This document shows positions 18,988 through 28,782 of a stretch of 64,000 bases of DNA, in pieces. Source of the stretch: Candidatus Dojkabacteria bacterium. Lineage in GTDB: Bacteria > Patescibacteriota > Dojkabacteria > SC72 > JAFGCJ01. The position numbers and the translations under genes were made by a program. The DNA lies in NCBI GenBank assembly GCA_016932785.1, contig JAFGCJ010000002.1:273777-337776 (forward strand), written 5' to 3'. Within the stretch, counting starts at the first letter, position 1. Every line of letters begins with the position of its first letter. Under the pieces are notes generated by a model, which worked only from the letters and a program-made list of their open reading frames with translations, ran no database searches and had not been told where the DNA came from.

Positions 18988-19708
18988 CCCCAAAATTTCT
19001 ATTGTTATTCCTGCCTTTAATGAGGAAGGATACATAGACGAGTGCCTCGAGTCTATTCTCAACCAAGACTTCGATCAAGATTATGAGGTAATAGTTGTAA
19101 ACAATACATCTACCGATAATACAGAAAAGATTGTAAGAGAGTATAAAAATGTAATCCTAGTAGAGGAACAAATAAAAGGTATCGCACAGGCAAGACAAAC
19201 GGGCTTTATGGCAGCAAAATCAGATATTATCGTATCAACCGATGCTGATGTAATCGTTCCAAGAACCTGGCTTTCTTCAATATGGAATCTTATGCTAGAC
19301 AACAAAGACGCTGTAGCAATTGGAGGATATTGGATATTATACGGAAACCCAATCTTCGAGTTCATATACAAAAAAGCTGCAGATTTAGATATTCTCACCA
19401 AATTAACCAAGATTTATAGCGGACAACCCCTTTCAACAGCTAATCTTGCAGTGAGAAAGTGGGCCTGGGAAAAAGTCGGCGGTTTTGACACAGAAATAAA
19501 AACAGCCAGTGGTATGGATGACATAGATATAACCCTCAAGCTCTCCAAAATTGGAAGGGTCATTGCTTCAAATGATTTTATCGTAAGGGCATCGGCAAGA
19601 AGGTATATCAAAAAACCATGGACTATACCTTTAAGACTGATAAACGCCTTATCCTTCTCTCTTTTTGGAAGAGGAATCTGGAGAAAGGGCAATTCTGACG
19701 TAAGATAG
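18971..19708 (+). CDS. glycosyltransferase family 2
   Basis: ISIVIPAFNEEGYIDECLESILNQ .. YEVIVVNNTSTDNT .. VSTDADV (DxD). It overlaps the upstream gene by 17 nt. Confidence 0.8.
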   Translation: MNKTSNPKISIVIPAFNEEGYIDECLESILNQDFDQDYEVIVVNNTSTDNTEKIVREYKNVILVEEQIKGIAQARQTGFMAAKSDIIVSTDADVIVPRTWLSSIWNLMLDNKDAVAIGGYWILYGNPIFEFIYKKAADLDILTKLTKIYSGQPLSTANLAVRKWAWEKVGGFDTEIKTASGMDDIDITLKLSKIGRVIASNDFIVRASARRYIKKPWTIPLRLINALSFSLFGRGIWRKGNSDVR

Positions 19709-19806
19709 GTATTTTTGACATCCTCAAGAATTATCAACATACCTGCAAGGCTTAACATGCTATAATGAAACCACCGACATCCGTGATAAATTTTTACTAG
19801 CCCATT

Positions 19807-21549
19807 ATGTCGTTTGCCACAGAATATCCTAACAACAAACAGAAGAATTCTACTGGATCTCCCCCACCATCTTCTCAGAACACTTCAAATGCACCTGCAG
19901 CACCTGGTTCAGGAGCCACCCAATCAGATATAACGTCTCAACAAACTCAAAAGCAGTCTCAGCAGACTTCAATACCGACACCTACAACAAATCAACCGAC
20001 AACAGCTACGCAACCGGCCGTGCCACCCCAGGGTACCAATCCTGTTCAACCAAATGTCCAATTGACATCTTCACCACAGAATACGACATCAGGAACTTCT
20101 AAAGCCGCAGCAGATACATCTATGCGATCTCAAACGTCCAATCAGGTACCAACAGCTGCCGAACCGACTAAAACGCTCAGCAAACAGCCAACCCAGCAAC
20201 AAGTAACTCCCGAGAAAGTAACACCCAAACCAGAAGAAAACTCTCTTCCGCCACTATCCAAACAACCGACACCATCAAAATCAGCAGCAATTTCACAACA
20301 AGCAGTCAGTTCTAAACAGCCAACTCCTACAAACGGAAGATTAAAAATACCCGTCTGGCTAATAATTGTACTTTCAATTATATTACTCGGAGCAATAGGA
20401 ACTGCTGTTTATTTTTTTGTGCTGAAAGACTCCGACTTTTTGAAAGATTTAGGTCTCTCCTCGGATGCTAAAACATGCACCTATGAAGGTAACACATACA
20501 ACGACGGTCAGGCTTTCACAGCCTCAGACGGATGTACCAAGTGCACCTGCACTAACGGAACCACTGAATGTTCCGATGAGGAATGTACATCAAAGGAAAA
20601 CCTCCCAGAAGTACCCGAAGGCTACAGCGATCTTTCTGAAGAAGCTATAACCTATGGAGCCGGAGATTCAGACAATCGAGAGATATATCTAATGAGGAAC
20701 GTATCCGACACACCTAGAAAAATTGGAGACGGCATGTATCCAGCCATGTCACCTGATCAAAAAGCAGTAGCATACACCGAGCAAACCAGTGGCAATACTG
20801 AAGATGCAGATACTATCTATTTCTATAGCATCGGAGACAGATCAACATTGGAGATGACCCAAGATGGAGGAAACATACAACAAGTTACATGGTCACCTGA
20901 CGGTAATTATTTCGTCGTAATATCAGGAACATCTTCTGTAGCAACCAATACAGTCTACTCATATCCAGAACAGGAAAAAATATACGAATTCGACTCAGTG
21001 GCAGGAAAGGCTATGTTTTGGATCAACGAAGACAGAATAATCTTTAACGAGCCTCAGGAAGTTACCCCAGACAGACCATGGGAAAGCGGAATGGGAACAG
21101 GAGTATCATCTGCTGAAATAGTGGCTCAGACCCAAAAGACAAACCAATTACTCACCGCGGAGGCATTAGTCGAGTACGAACTAATCGACGTCACTGCTGA
21201 TGGAAATATACTCTATTCAAAGACTATTGCTAGCAGTCAAAACCAATGGTCACAGGACGACCTACAGGCCACATACTGGGAAATGAGTACCTCCGGAGAA
21301 GACAATACTCAAGTCGGCCATCCGGACATAACTGTTGAAGAAAAAATACTAGGACTTACAGACAAATCAATAAACGATTATCAGGTACTCAGTTATCAGA
21401 TGAACCCTGACCATACAAACTGGTATGCTTATGTTCTTGTTGAGTCCGACGGAGACAGTACAACAGACGGTGAAATCTTCGTTATAGATACGACAGCAGA
21501 AACAGACACCTCTCTGAAAATCGGAGACGGCTATTCTGTTTCCTGGTAA
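19807..21549 (+). CDS. single-pass membrane protein: Q/T/P/S-rich N-region, VWC-like Cys module, TolB/PD40-like beta-propeller region
   Basis: About 180 aa of low-complexity sequence, then TM IPVWLIIVLSIILLGAIGTAVYFFVL. This is followed by CTYEGNTYNDGQAFTASDGCTKCTCTNGTTECSDEEC and then PD40-like strings (YPAMSPDQKAVAY, VTWSPDGNYFVV). Confidence 0.6.
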   Translation: MSFATEYPNNKQKNSTGSPPPSSQNTSNAPAAPGSGATQSDITSQQTQKQSQQTSIPTPTTNQPTTATQPAVPPQGTNPVQPNVQLTSSPQNTTSGTSKAAADTSMRSQTSNQVPTAAEPTKTLSKQPTQQQVTPEKVTPKPEENSLPPLSKQPTPSKSAAISQQAVSSKQPTPTNGRLKIPVWLIIVLSIILLGAIGTAVYFFVLKDSDFLKDLGLSSDAKTCTYEGNTYNDGQAFTASDGCTKCTCTNGTTECSDEECTSKENLPEVPEGYSDLSEEAITYGAGDSDNREIYLMRNVSDTPRKIGDGMYPAMSPDQKAVAYTEQTSGNTEDADTIYFYSIGDRSTLEMTQDGGNIQQVTWSPDGNYFVVISGTSSVATNTVYSYPEQEKIYEFDSVAGKAMFWINEDRIIFNEPQEVTPDRPWESGMGTGVSSAEIVAQTQKTNQLLTAEALVEYELIDVTADGNILYSKTIASSQNQWSQDDLQATYWEMSTSGEDNTQVGHPDITVEEKILGLTDKSINDYQVLSYQMNPDHTNWYAYVLVESDGDSTTDGEIFVIDTTAETDTSLKIGDGYSVSW

Positions 21550-21597
21550 AACAGAAATATCTTAAAATCAAACCCTTTGCATTAAAGGTAATTACCT

Positions 21598-22398
21598 ATG
21601 AGTAATTTTTTGCCAGTACATGAAGAAATAAAACCTATCTATGAGTCCAAAGATCTTCTGGCTTTTGATAAGCCGATAGGTCTCCCTACAACATATAGAA
21701 GCACTTCAGATAACAGCGACTGCTTGATCAAAAGAGTATCTCAGCACTACCCCGACGTACTGACTGTTCAAGGATTTCAACCCAACGAAGGTGGTCTACT
21801 ATATAGACTGGATAATCTGACAAGTGGAATAGTTCTCATTGCAAGAAATCAAAAAACTTTTGACCACTTAAAAGAAATACAAGACAAAAATTTGCTTATA
21901 AAGAGATACTTTGCACTCTGCGAGAAAACCAGAAAATTCCAAAACGTTGCACTAAACCAGAAAACCATCGAAACTCAGAATTCCAAGAAGTATCCTACAT
22001 TTATGTCTTTACCTCAGGATTTCTTTAACATTGTAGGTCTTGAACCATTCGAAACAGAGAAAGCAGATTACCAGATAATTAATTATCCAATAGGTCACAG
22101 TAAAAAATCTTCTAGAAAAATGATAGCAGTGAAAGGGAAAAACTACAAAACAAGAGGAAAATCCCGCTCGGCGACAACAGCCTTCAGAATATTATCTGCA
22201 AAGGACAATCTTGTTCTTGTAGATGTCATAATTACCAAGGCAATCCGTCACCAGATACGGGTTCATCTTTCTTCAATAGGCCTGGGTATAATAGGTGACA
22301 AAATCTATCATCCTAACGGAGCAATCCTCGACAATCCCAGACTATATCTACACTGCGGAATAGTTTCTGTAACAGAAAATCCTCTGGAATTTGAATAA
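21598..22398 (+). CDS. pseudouridine synthase, RluA family
   Basis: LLAFDKPIGLPT, catalytic-Asp motif LYRLDNLTSGIVLIAR, and IRHQIRVHLSSIG. Confidence 0.8.
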   Translation: MSNFLPVHEEIKPIYESKDLLAFDKPIGLPTTYRSTSDNSDCLIKRVSQHYPDVLTVQGFQPNEGGLLYRLDNLTSGIVLIARNQKTFDHLKEIQDKNLLIKRYFALCEKTRKFQNVALNQKTIETQNSKKYPTFMSLPQDFFNIVGLEPFETEKADYQIINYPIGHSKKSSRKMIAVKGKNYKTRGKSRSATTAFRILSAKDNLVLVDVIITKAIRHQIRVHLSSIGLGIIGDKIYHPNGAILDNPRLYLHCGIVSVTENPLEFE

Positions 22399-22414
22399 AA
22401 TTTGGCAAATATAT
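22398..22414. repeat. 17-nt exact direct repeat, copy 1 (upstream of rubrerythrin)
   Basis: AAATTTGGCAAATATAT is identical to 23069-23085. It contains TTGGCA, which with N17 and TAAAAT could form the rbr promoter. Confidence 0.7.
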
Positions 22415-22448
22415 TTCTTAACTGTAAAATTAATACATAAATTTTTAT

Positions 22449-23042
22449 TTGAATACTATGAACAAACTATTAGAGGTACTGTCCAAAGCATTCATTGGCG
22501 AAAGCATGGCAAGAAATCGCTACACCTTCTACGGAAAAATTGCCCAAAAAGAAGGATACGAGAAAATCGGCGAAATATTTTTACTTACGGCAAATCAGGA
22601 GAAAGAACACGCAAACTGGCTTTTTAAGCTGATCCAAGAGGTAAAGGATAAAACAGGAGACAAGACAGATCCAATAGTGGTTGAATCTGAGGTTCCATCG
22701 GTTCTCGGAACCACAGAAGAAAACCTCAAAGCAGCAATGGCCGGAGAAAACTACGAGCACACTTCGATGTACCCGGAATTCGCTGACATTGCCGAAAAAG
22801 AAGATTTTCCTAAAATAGCTGACAGGCTCAGATCAATTGCCAAAGCAGAGAAAAACCATGAAGAAAGATATTCCATCTATCTGCAACAGCTTGAAACAGG
22901 AACACTATTTAGAAAAGAAAAACCAGTAAAATGGGTCTGCAGAGAATGCGGATATGTACATGAGGGAACAGAACCTCCAGCCGAATGCCCTTCCTGTTCA
23001 CATGAAAAGAGCTTCTACGAGCTAAAATGTGACTGCGCGTAG
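22449..23042 (+). CDS. rbr: rubrerythrin
   Basis: Ferritin-like diiron region (ESMARNRYTFYG.., ..EKEHANW.., ..GENYEHTSMYPEF.., ..AEKNHEERY..) plus a C-terminal rubredoxin-like WVCRECGY..CPSCSH. Confidence 0.9.
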   Translation: MNTMNKLLEVLSKAFIGESMARNRYTFYGKIAQKEGYEKIGEIFLLTANQEKEHANWLFKLIQEVKDKTGDKTDPIVVESEVPSVLGTTEENLKAAMAGENYEHTSMYPEFADIAEKEDFPKIADRLRSIAKAEKNHEERYSIYLQQLETGTLFRKEKPVKWVCRECGYVHEGTEPPAECPSCSHEKSFYELKCDCA

Positions 23043-23068
23043 CTGAAGGCTTTCAATATATTACTGTC

Positions 23069-23085
23069 AAATTTGGCAAATATAT
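23069..23085. repeat. 17-nt exact direct repeat, copy 2 (downstream of rubrerythrin)
   Basis: AAATTTGGCAAATATAT, 27 nt after the rbr stop. Confidence 0.7.
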
Positions 23086-23232
23086 GTCCAAAACATGTCA
23101 ACTACTTGTTGTCGGGTCGTGACAGATATGCATATTTAACTTTCCTTGCAACGAAAGTTAAATCCTTGCGTTAAGACATTTCAAATGGTAAATTGTTAAT
23201 AACTCATCACTTATCTTAACTGCTCGAAGTTC

Positions 23233-24939
23233 ATGACACAGTTCGGATTAGAATTCTTTAACTACATAGCATCTATTCTCGGAATACTTGTTTCATTATC
23301 GTCTGCAATCCTCTTTTATATAACACAACGCGTCGAATCTTCAATGAAGACATTCTGGCGCGCATTCGGATTTGCTGCGCTTTCCTTTGCTATCATTTTA
23401 TCTCTTCTCGAACGAAAATTTCCTGACATGGCTTTAACGGCACTACTTATTGAACTCGTAGGTTTCGCAAGCATTTTCAGAGGAGTACTTTCTGAACCTA
23501 CTCTTACACATCTAAGACAGGTGAAAGAAGACTCTACCAAAAAACTCGAAGATTTCAGCAAGAGCCGAAAAGAGAAGATTAGAAAAATTTTTCTTATTTC
23601 GTCCGCAGCACTGTTTATTATTGCGACGATGGCAACATTAATCTACTTCAATGACCTCATCCTCGAGAAGGTCAGCTTCGGTCCCTACCTAGCGCCAGGA
23701 TTGATAACACTATCCTCCATCTTCATTGCATGCACAATATTTCTTCAGGTTAAAAGGTATTTCACAGAAGGGGGAAACATCAGAACCAAGCTTTTGAACT
23801 TATGGCCTCTTATCGCATATGTGTTTCTACTAATAAGAGGAATACTACTGGTACTATACAGACTACCTGAGACAGATATCCTATTCCTTCACAAGATGAA
23901 AACTGTCTTTAGCGTCCCCTGGCAGATCTCGATACTTATGAGTCTTCTCGGTTTTATTTTTCTCGGATTATGGGTATGGGAATTCATCAAACCTCGTTTC
24001 TTTTTGAGAACATATGTCACTTTTCTCGCTATAGCATCTATAGTATCAAGTTTGGGTTCATTAATTTTCACACTTTTAATATTTAGAATAGTAGAACAAG
24101 ATAATCTTGAACTCATGACCGAAGGAGCACAGGCCCAATATCTTGTTATGGAAGACCGATCAAGAACAGCACTGATACTTGCCAGGTCAATTGCATCAGA
24201 CATAAACATCTCTGACGGGAAAATTGCCGATGACTATTCTGCCATATATGACAGAACTGAAACACAGCTTCTTGCTACGGGAACAGATGTTTTAAGAGTT
24301 TTCGATGCAAACGGAAACGTAGTCGTCAGTCCAAGTGACATTCGGGATCAAAATTTATCGTTCGAAGATGATCAAATCCTGCAACAAGTCCTTGAAAACA
24401 ATCAACCCGTCAAAACCTTCGGCGTTGAATCACACGTACTATCTCCGGTACTTATAGCACGCGGAATATATCCCATCATGAGCGGTAATAACCTAGTCGG
24501 TGCTGTAGAAGTCGGCTACAAGATGGATACAGCCTTTGTCGATTTTTCAAAAGATCTAACAGACCTCGACGTTACAATCTACACTGATAAAAACAGATCC
24601 GCAACCACTCTTTACAAGGAAGATGGCGTTTCAAGATGGGTTGGATCCAATGAGACCAATGAAGTGGTTCTAGAAAATGTACTCAAAGATGGAGAAAGCC
24701 AAAGTCTAGCTCTAGACCGGCTAGGTATAGATTTCTATAGTGCGTTTGTACCGATAAGAGACTTTAATGGCAAAATCATTGGAATGGTTTCTGTGGGATC
24801 TCCAACATATGAGCTATTTGAAAGTTCCAGACAGCAGCTACTGACAGCATTTTTAATTTTGACTCTCGTATCAATTGTGGCTGCAATGATAGGATATTTT
24901 GCCCTTCAAAGCTCTAAATCCATGGTAAAGGAAATTTAA
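23233..24939 (+). CDS. polytopic membrane protein with extracytoplasmic Cache-like domain and no recognisable output domain (tentative)
   Basis: About 8 N-terminal TM helices, then a ~250-aa soluble region closed by a last TM (LLTAFLILTLVSIVAAMIGYFAL). The ORF ends about 10 aa after that TM. The Cache assignment rests on architecture and weak pattern only. Confidence 0.45.
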   Translation: MTQFGLEFFNYIASILGILVSLSSAILFYITQRVESSMKTFWRAFGFAALSFAIILSLLERKFPDMALTALLIELVGFASIFRGVLSEPTLTHLRQVKEDSTKKLEDFSKSRKEKIRKIFLISSAALFIIATMATLIYFNDLILEKVSFGPYLAPGLITLSSIFIACTIFLQVKRYFTEGGNIRTKLLNLWPLIAYVFLLIRGILLVLYRLPETDILFLHKMKTVFSVPWQISILMSLLGFIFLGLWVWEFIKPRFFLRTYVTFLAIASIVSSLGSLIFTLLIFRIVEQDNLELMTEGAQAQYLVMEDRSRTALILARSIASDINISDGKIADDYSAIYDRTETQLLATGTDVLRVFDANGNVVVSPSDIRDQNLSFEDDQILQQVLENNQPVKTFGVESHVLSPVLIARGIYPIMSGNNLVGAVEVGYKMDTAFVDFSKDLTDLDVTIYTDKNRSATTLYKEDGVSRWVGSNETNEVVLENVLKDGESQSLALDRLGIDFYSAFVPIRDFNGKIIGMVSVGSPTYELFESSRQQLLTAFLILTLVSIVAAMIGYFALQSSKSMVKEI

Positions 24940-24960
24940 AGTTCTACCCTTTCAGACAGA

Positions 24961-27900
24961 ATGAACAAGATCAAAGAAGAATTGAAAAGAAGACGCCCCA
25001 TTTTAGGAATAATAATTTCTGTTTCAGTCTTACTTATAGCGGTTATGTTTCCTGTTGCATCACTATTTGAAAATAATTTTCTTGTAAGAATATTTAGGGA
25101 AGGCAATATTAAAGAGAACACCTCCACGAAATTCATAATGTCCATTCCATTTACAAATCAAATATATTTCACTTACGACCTGGGAAAAATTACCATCGAT
25201 GAGCACGGCGCACAGATGAAAGAAGACCAGACAAAGGGAGAAATCGAATTACTTGATCATTTGGAGTTCGAAAGAGGATCAGAGATTCAGGGATTCAAAG
25301 AATACAGCGTTACATCAGATTCATCTTCAATCACTTATCAGATATCGGACGACTATGACAACTGGTACTACTTTAACGGAGAAAAATGGGAACCTGTACA
25401 AGACTGTTCCACCTGTGAAAACAGTGCAAATGAAATTAACGAACATATTGACGATATAGATTTCAAAGAAGGATTTGTAAAAATAAAGACTATACTGAGG
25501 TCCGATGGCAATACAAGTCCAAGGCTGTTAAGACTTGAGCTAGAAATCAACGGGAGCGAACCACGGCTAACACAGAGGCAACGGAACTGGATGACAGTTC
25601 TTGGAGCTTCAGACAATTCCTCCTTAAGCAAGGACAATAATAAGACTATGCAGGAAGGATGTCTGTGCGACAGAGGAATAACGATTATGAGTGTCAGATA
25701 TAACGGCCCTGACGGTGTGACTATCAATGTTACAACAAGAAAATATGGAGACGTTGGAGCATTCATAAATGTACAAGACGGAGACATAATAACAATTGAC
25801 GGTTCGGATCTAGAATTTGCCCGTCTTGGTGCTGAAACAGATTTTGAAATCTCTGGAATCTGTGAAGACGAATTTGACGAAGAATGCATCAAAACAATTA
25901 CGGTTCATACTTCATGCTCAGAACCCATCTTTGGTATAGCCTTTGAAAATATTTCTGTTCTGTCATACATTGACGGGAACGGTAATGTATGTGACGACGA
26001 AAATGATCCTCCTTTAATTCTAGATGATGCTGCAACAATATGTGCAAACACCATGGCCGTCATTGACGTTCTGGCAAACGACAGTGATCCAGACGGCGAG
26101 ATCCTACCAGGAACCGTAGATATAATCTCTAATCCTTCTAAAGGCTCTACTGATATTAATTCACAAACAGGAGTAATACACTATACACCCAATAAAAATT
26201 ACACGGGGACAGATACTTTTATATACGAAGCCTGTGACACAAATAATGCATGCGGAACAGCTACCGTGACAATAATTATTAACGACTGTTCACAAAATGA
26301 CCCACCTGATCCACAAAACGACTACACAAAAATTTGCACAAATGAAAGAACTACTATTAATGTTCTTTCAAATGACTCTGATCCTAATGGAGAAATAGAC
26401 CGTAACACTCTAGAGATTGTATCAGGACCACTACATGGTACAGTAGACGATCTAAACAAGATCCAGGGTTCAATTACTTATACTCCCGATCAGGACTATG
26501 TTGGAAATGACACAATAATTTACCAAATATGCGATAACGACGGAGCATGCTCTTCGGCATCAGTATTTATAACTGTAGAGGAATGCTCCCCACTACCACA
26601 GGTCAACCCGGATCAAGCTCAGCTCTGCGTTAATACAAAAGTGCAGGTTGACATTCTTGCAAACGACTACGATCAAAACAATTCTCTTGATCCAGCAAGT
26701 GTAGCTGTTATCTCCGGACCTGGAAATGGCACATATGAAATTGATCAATCCAACGGAAAAATTACATATATTCCATACAAAGATTTCATCGGAACAGACC
26801 TTCTGAGCTACAGGGTATGCAACTCAAATAATGATTGTTCCACAACAACCCTCACGCTCACTGTTAAGGCATGTACCACAGTCAATCCCCATCTAGTCCT
26901 TGAGATCGACGACTCAGCCATTTGTGATCACGAGGACGTAACAATAACTGCAAAAGGTGTCGTTGTACTGCCTCAAGGTCAGTATGCGAAGCTCCGTTTA
27001 GCCTGGAGAATAGCCGAGCCAGAAGAAAAGCGTACAGAAATAGAATATTATAATTACGGCATAGTCAGCAATGGGTACTCTTTTTTGAAAGATATACCAT
27101 GGCCGGGAATAGACGAGGACGAGGGGATCATCAAAATAGAGGTGACTGCAACCTTGCTTGATCCCGTTACAAATGAGCCTATACTGTCAGAAGACGCACT
27201 CGAAGAATACTACTGGTTCCCATGGATATGTCCACCACCTCCCCCGCCTCCACCTCCACCTCCTCCACCAACAGACTATGAGGGATCAATTAGTATTAAC
27301 ACAAACCTTTGCGGTGTAACATACGGAAACGTTAATCTGACATTCACAGGGCAGACATCTATAAATCCCGATACTATAGAAAACCTTGAATATTCTCTTA
27401 TAACTGCGCTTGAAGAAGGATCTTCCTGGAGAGAAATAGACTTGTCAAAATCAGGTACTTTCATTTTCGACACATTTAATTTAAATAACGGTACATACTA
27501 TCTGGTTGTTAGGGCAACCCTAAAGGACGCCACCGAAATCTATTCTGAATACTGTTCGTTCACTGTAGATCAGACAAAAGCCGATCCAGAGTGCCTAATA
27601 TTTGGAGCAAACCAATTTGTTCTCGAATCTCAGCCTTCACCAATATCCGAAAGTGGAATAATATCTCTTGTAAAAAATGAGCCGCATATCTTTTATCTAG
27701 AGGCCAAATGTGCCTCCAGAGCAGGAGTCGTAAATATGGACACCTCAGAATATTACCCTCTTTCCTATGATCCATATTTGAAGCTGTGGACAGGAGATTT
27801 AACCTTCAAAGAAGAGGGAACGTTCAAGCTTCAGGGAGTAGTCTCCGGTGGAAGCCACAGTTATTTCAGAGAGATCAATACCGCTTTTGTAACTGAGAAG

Positions 27901-28692
27901 TCAACAATTATTGATTCCGACTCGAAAAACCCACTCGAAGAGGTGAATATAACGATCTACAACAAGGATCCGGACACACAAGAATTTTCAAAATGGAACA
28001 GCGAAACTTACAGCATAAGCAATCCTATGAAAACAGACAAAAACGGTGAATTTAGTGTAATTCTTCCGGAAGGTGTCTACTACCTTGAGGCAACAAAGTC
28101 AGGATACAATCCCTCTACTTCCTTGATAACAGAACTGGAGGAACACAGTGTGGTTACAGGTAATATTGAACTTGAACCAAAAGGAAATTTTCTCGCTCAA
28201 ATAGGTCGTTTCTTTAGTAAAAAAGGAAACACATATAATTTTCCGCTCACTATTCATCCTCTTCCAGACCATTATCTACTAGAAATAGGAAGCAGTGTAC
28301 CGGAAATTACGGCCTACAATTCAGAAGGACAATTAGTAAACATTTTAGAAACATACAGTGATAAACCACGAGTAGTAATGGTATATAGCAGCTGGAACAC
28401 ACTGGCTGAAGAGCAGGTAAAACAATTTGTCAGTCTATCAAATACACTCGATGAATACTCCTTCATTCCGATTTCAACCATGGAGCCCGACAACGTAAAC
28501 CTTACATACCTTGATAGAGGAAGATACGACTTGGAATTTTACAAACCCTCAAACTCTTTTTATGACAATTATTTTATTATAAGTTTGCCCGAATTTTTCC
28601 TGATTGACGAGAGTAATAAGGTTCAGGGTATAATAGTAGGACCGAGATCTGAGCAAGAGCTCGAGAGAACAATAACAGATATACTGGACTGA
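24961..28692 (+). CDS. giant surface protein: three tandem Ig/cadherin-like ~95-aa repeats, poly-Pro linker, carboxypeptidase-regulatory-like domain, C-terminal thioredoxin-fold domain lacking CxxC
   Basis: N-terminal TM. Repeats carry the pattern C.N....(I/V)(D/N)VL(A/S)ND.D.(D/N)..(I/L)....(V/L)..(I/V)S.P..G. ...G.I.Y.P...(Y/F).G.D...Y..C(D/N)....C. There are 13 consecutive Pro codons. VNITIYNKD..TDKNGEFSVILPEGVYYLEATKSGY is CarboxypepD_reg-like. RVVMVYSSWNTLAEEQVKQF aligns to the TlpA/ResA FWAsWCxPC site. Confidence 0.7.
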   Translation: MNKIKEELKRRRPILGIIISVSVLLIAVMFPVASLFENNFLVRIFREGNIKENTSTKFIMSIPFTNQIYFTYDLGKITIDEHGAQMKEDQTKGEIELLDHLEFERGSEIQGFKEYSVTSDSSSITYQISDDYDNWYYFNGEKWEPVQDCSTCENSANEINEHIDDIDFKEGFVKIKTILRSDGNTSPRLLRLELEINGSEPRLTQRQRNWMTVLGASDNSSLSKDNNKTMQEGCLCDRGITIMSVRYNGPDGVTINVTTRKYGDVGAFINVQDGDIITIDGSDLEFARLGAETDFEISGICEDEFDEECIKTITVHTSCSEPIFGIAFENISVLSYIDGNGNVCDDENDPPLILDDAATICANTMAVIDVLANDSDPDGEILPGTVDIISNPSKGSTDINSQTGVIHYTPNKNYTGTDTFIYEACDTNNACGTATVTIIINDCSQNDPPDPQNDYTKICTNERTTINVLSNDSDPNGEIDRNTLEIVSGPLHGTVDDLNKIQGSITYTPDQDYVGNDTIIYQICDNDGACSSASVFITVEECSPLPQVNPDQAQLCVNTKVQVDILANDYDQNNSLDPASVAVISGPGNGTYEIDQSNGKITYIPYKDFIGTDLLSYRVCNSNNDCSTTTLTLTVKACTTVNPHLVLEIDDSAICDHEDVTITAKGVVVLPQGQYAKLRLAWRIAEPEEKRTEIEYYNYGIVSNGYSFLKDIPWPGIDEDEGIIKIEVTATLLDPVTNEPILSEDALEEYYWFPWICPPPPPPPPPPPPPTDYEGSISINTNLCGVTYGNVNLTFTGQTSINPDTIENLEYSLITALEEGSSWREIDLSKSGTFIFDTFNLNNGTYYLVVRATLKDATEIYSEYCSFTVDQTKADPECLIFGANQFVLESQPSPISESGIISLVKNEPHIFYLEAKCASRAGVVNMDTSEYYPLSYDPYLKLWTGDLTFKEEGTFKLQGVVSGGSHSYFREINTAFVTEKSTIIDSDSKNPLEEVNITIYNKDPDTQEFSKWNSETYSISNPMKTDKNGEFSVILPEGVYYLEATKSGYNPSTSLITELEEHSVVTGNIELEPKGNFLAQIGRFFSKKGNTYNFPLTIHPLPDHYLLEIGSSVPEITAYNSEGQLVNILETYSDKPRVVMVYSSWNTLAEEQVKQFVSLSNTLDEYSFIPISTMEPDNVNLTYLDRGRYDLEFYKPSNSFYDNYFIISLPEFFLIDESNKVQGIIVGPRSEQELERTITDILD
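26020..26875 (+). repeat. three tandem ~285-nt coding repeats inside the giant surface protein
   Basis: Units start near 26020, 26300 and 26590. Each ends on a ..(V/I).(I/V)...C string (TVTIIINDC / FITVEEC / LTLTVKAC). They are diverged at the DNA level. Confidence 0.7.
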
Positions 28693-28782
28693 TCGATATT
28701 CTTTAGTTCTCCCAACAAATATCGGGCGCGTTTCAAGTTTCGGTCACTAGCCTATTTATCTTATTTGTTATTTCCTCATCTT

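Noticed and set aside
22398-22414. Sigma54 -24/-12 promoter (TGGCA-N..-TTGC) inside the 17-nt repeat.
   Set aside because: The -12 element would read TTTC or ATGTC instead of TTGC in both copies. No enhancer-binding protein gene lies nearby. A sigma70-like TTGGCA-N17-TAAAAT reading fits copy 1 better.
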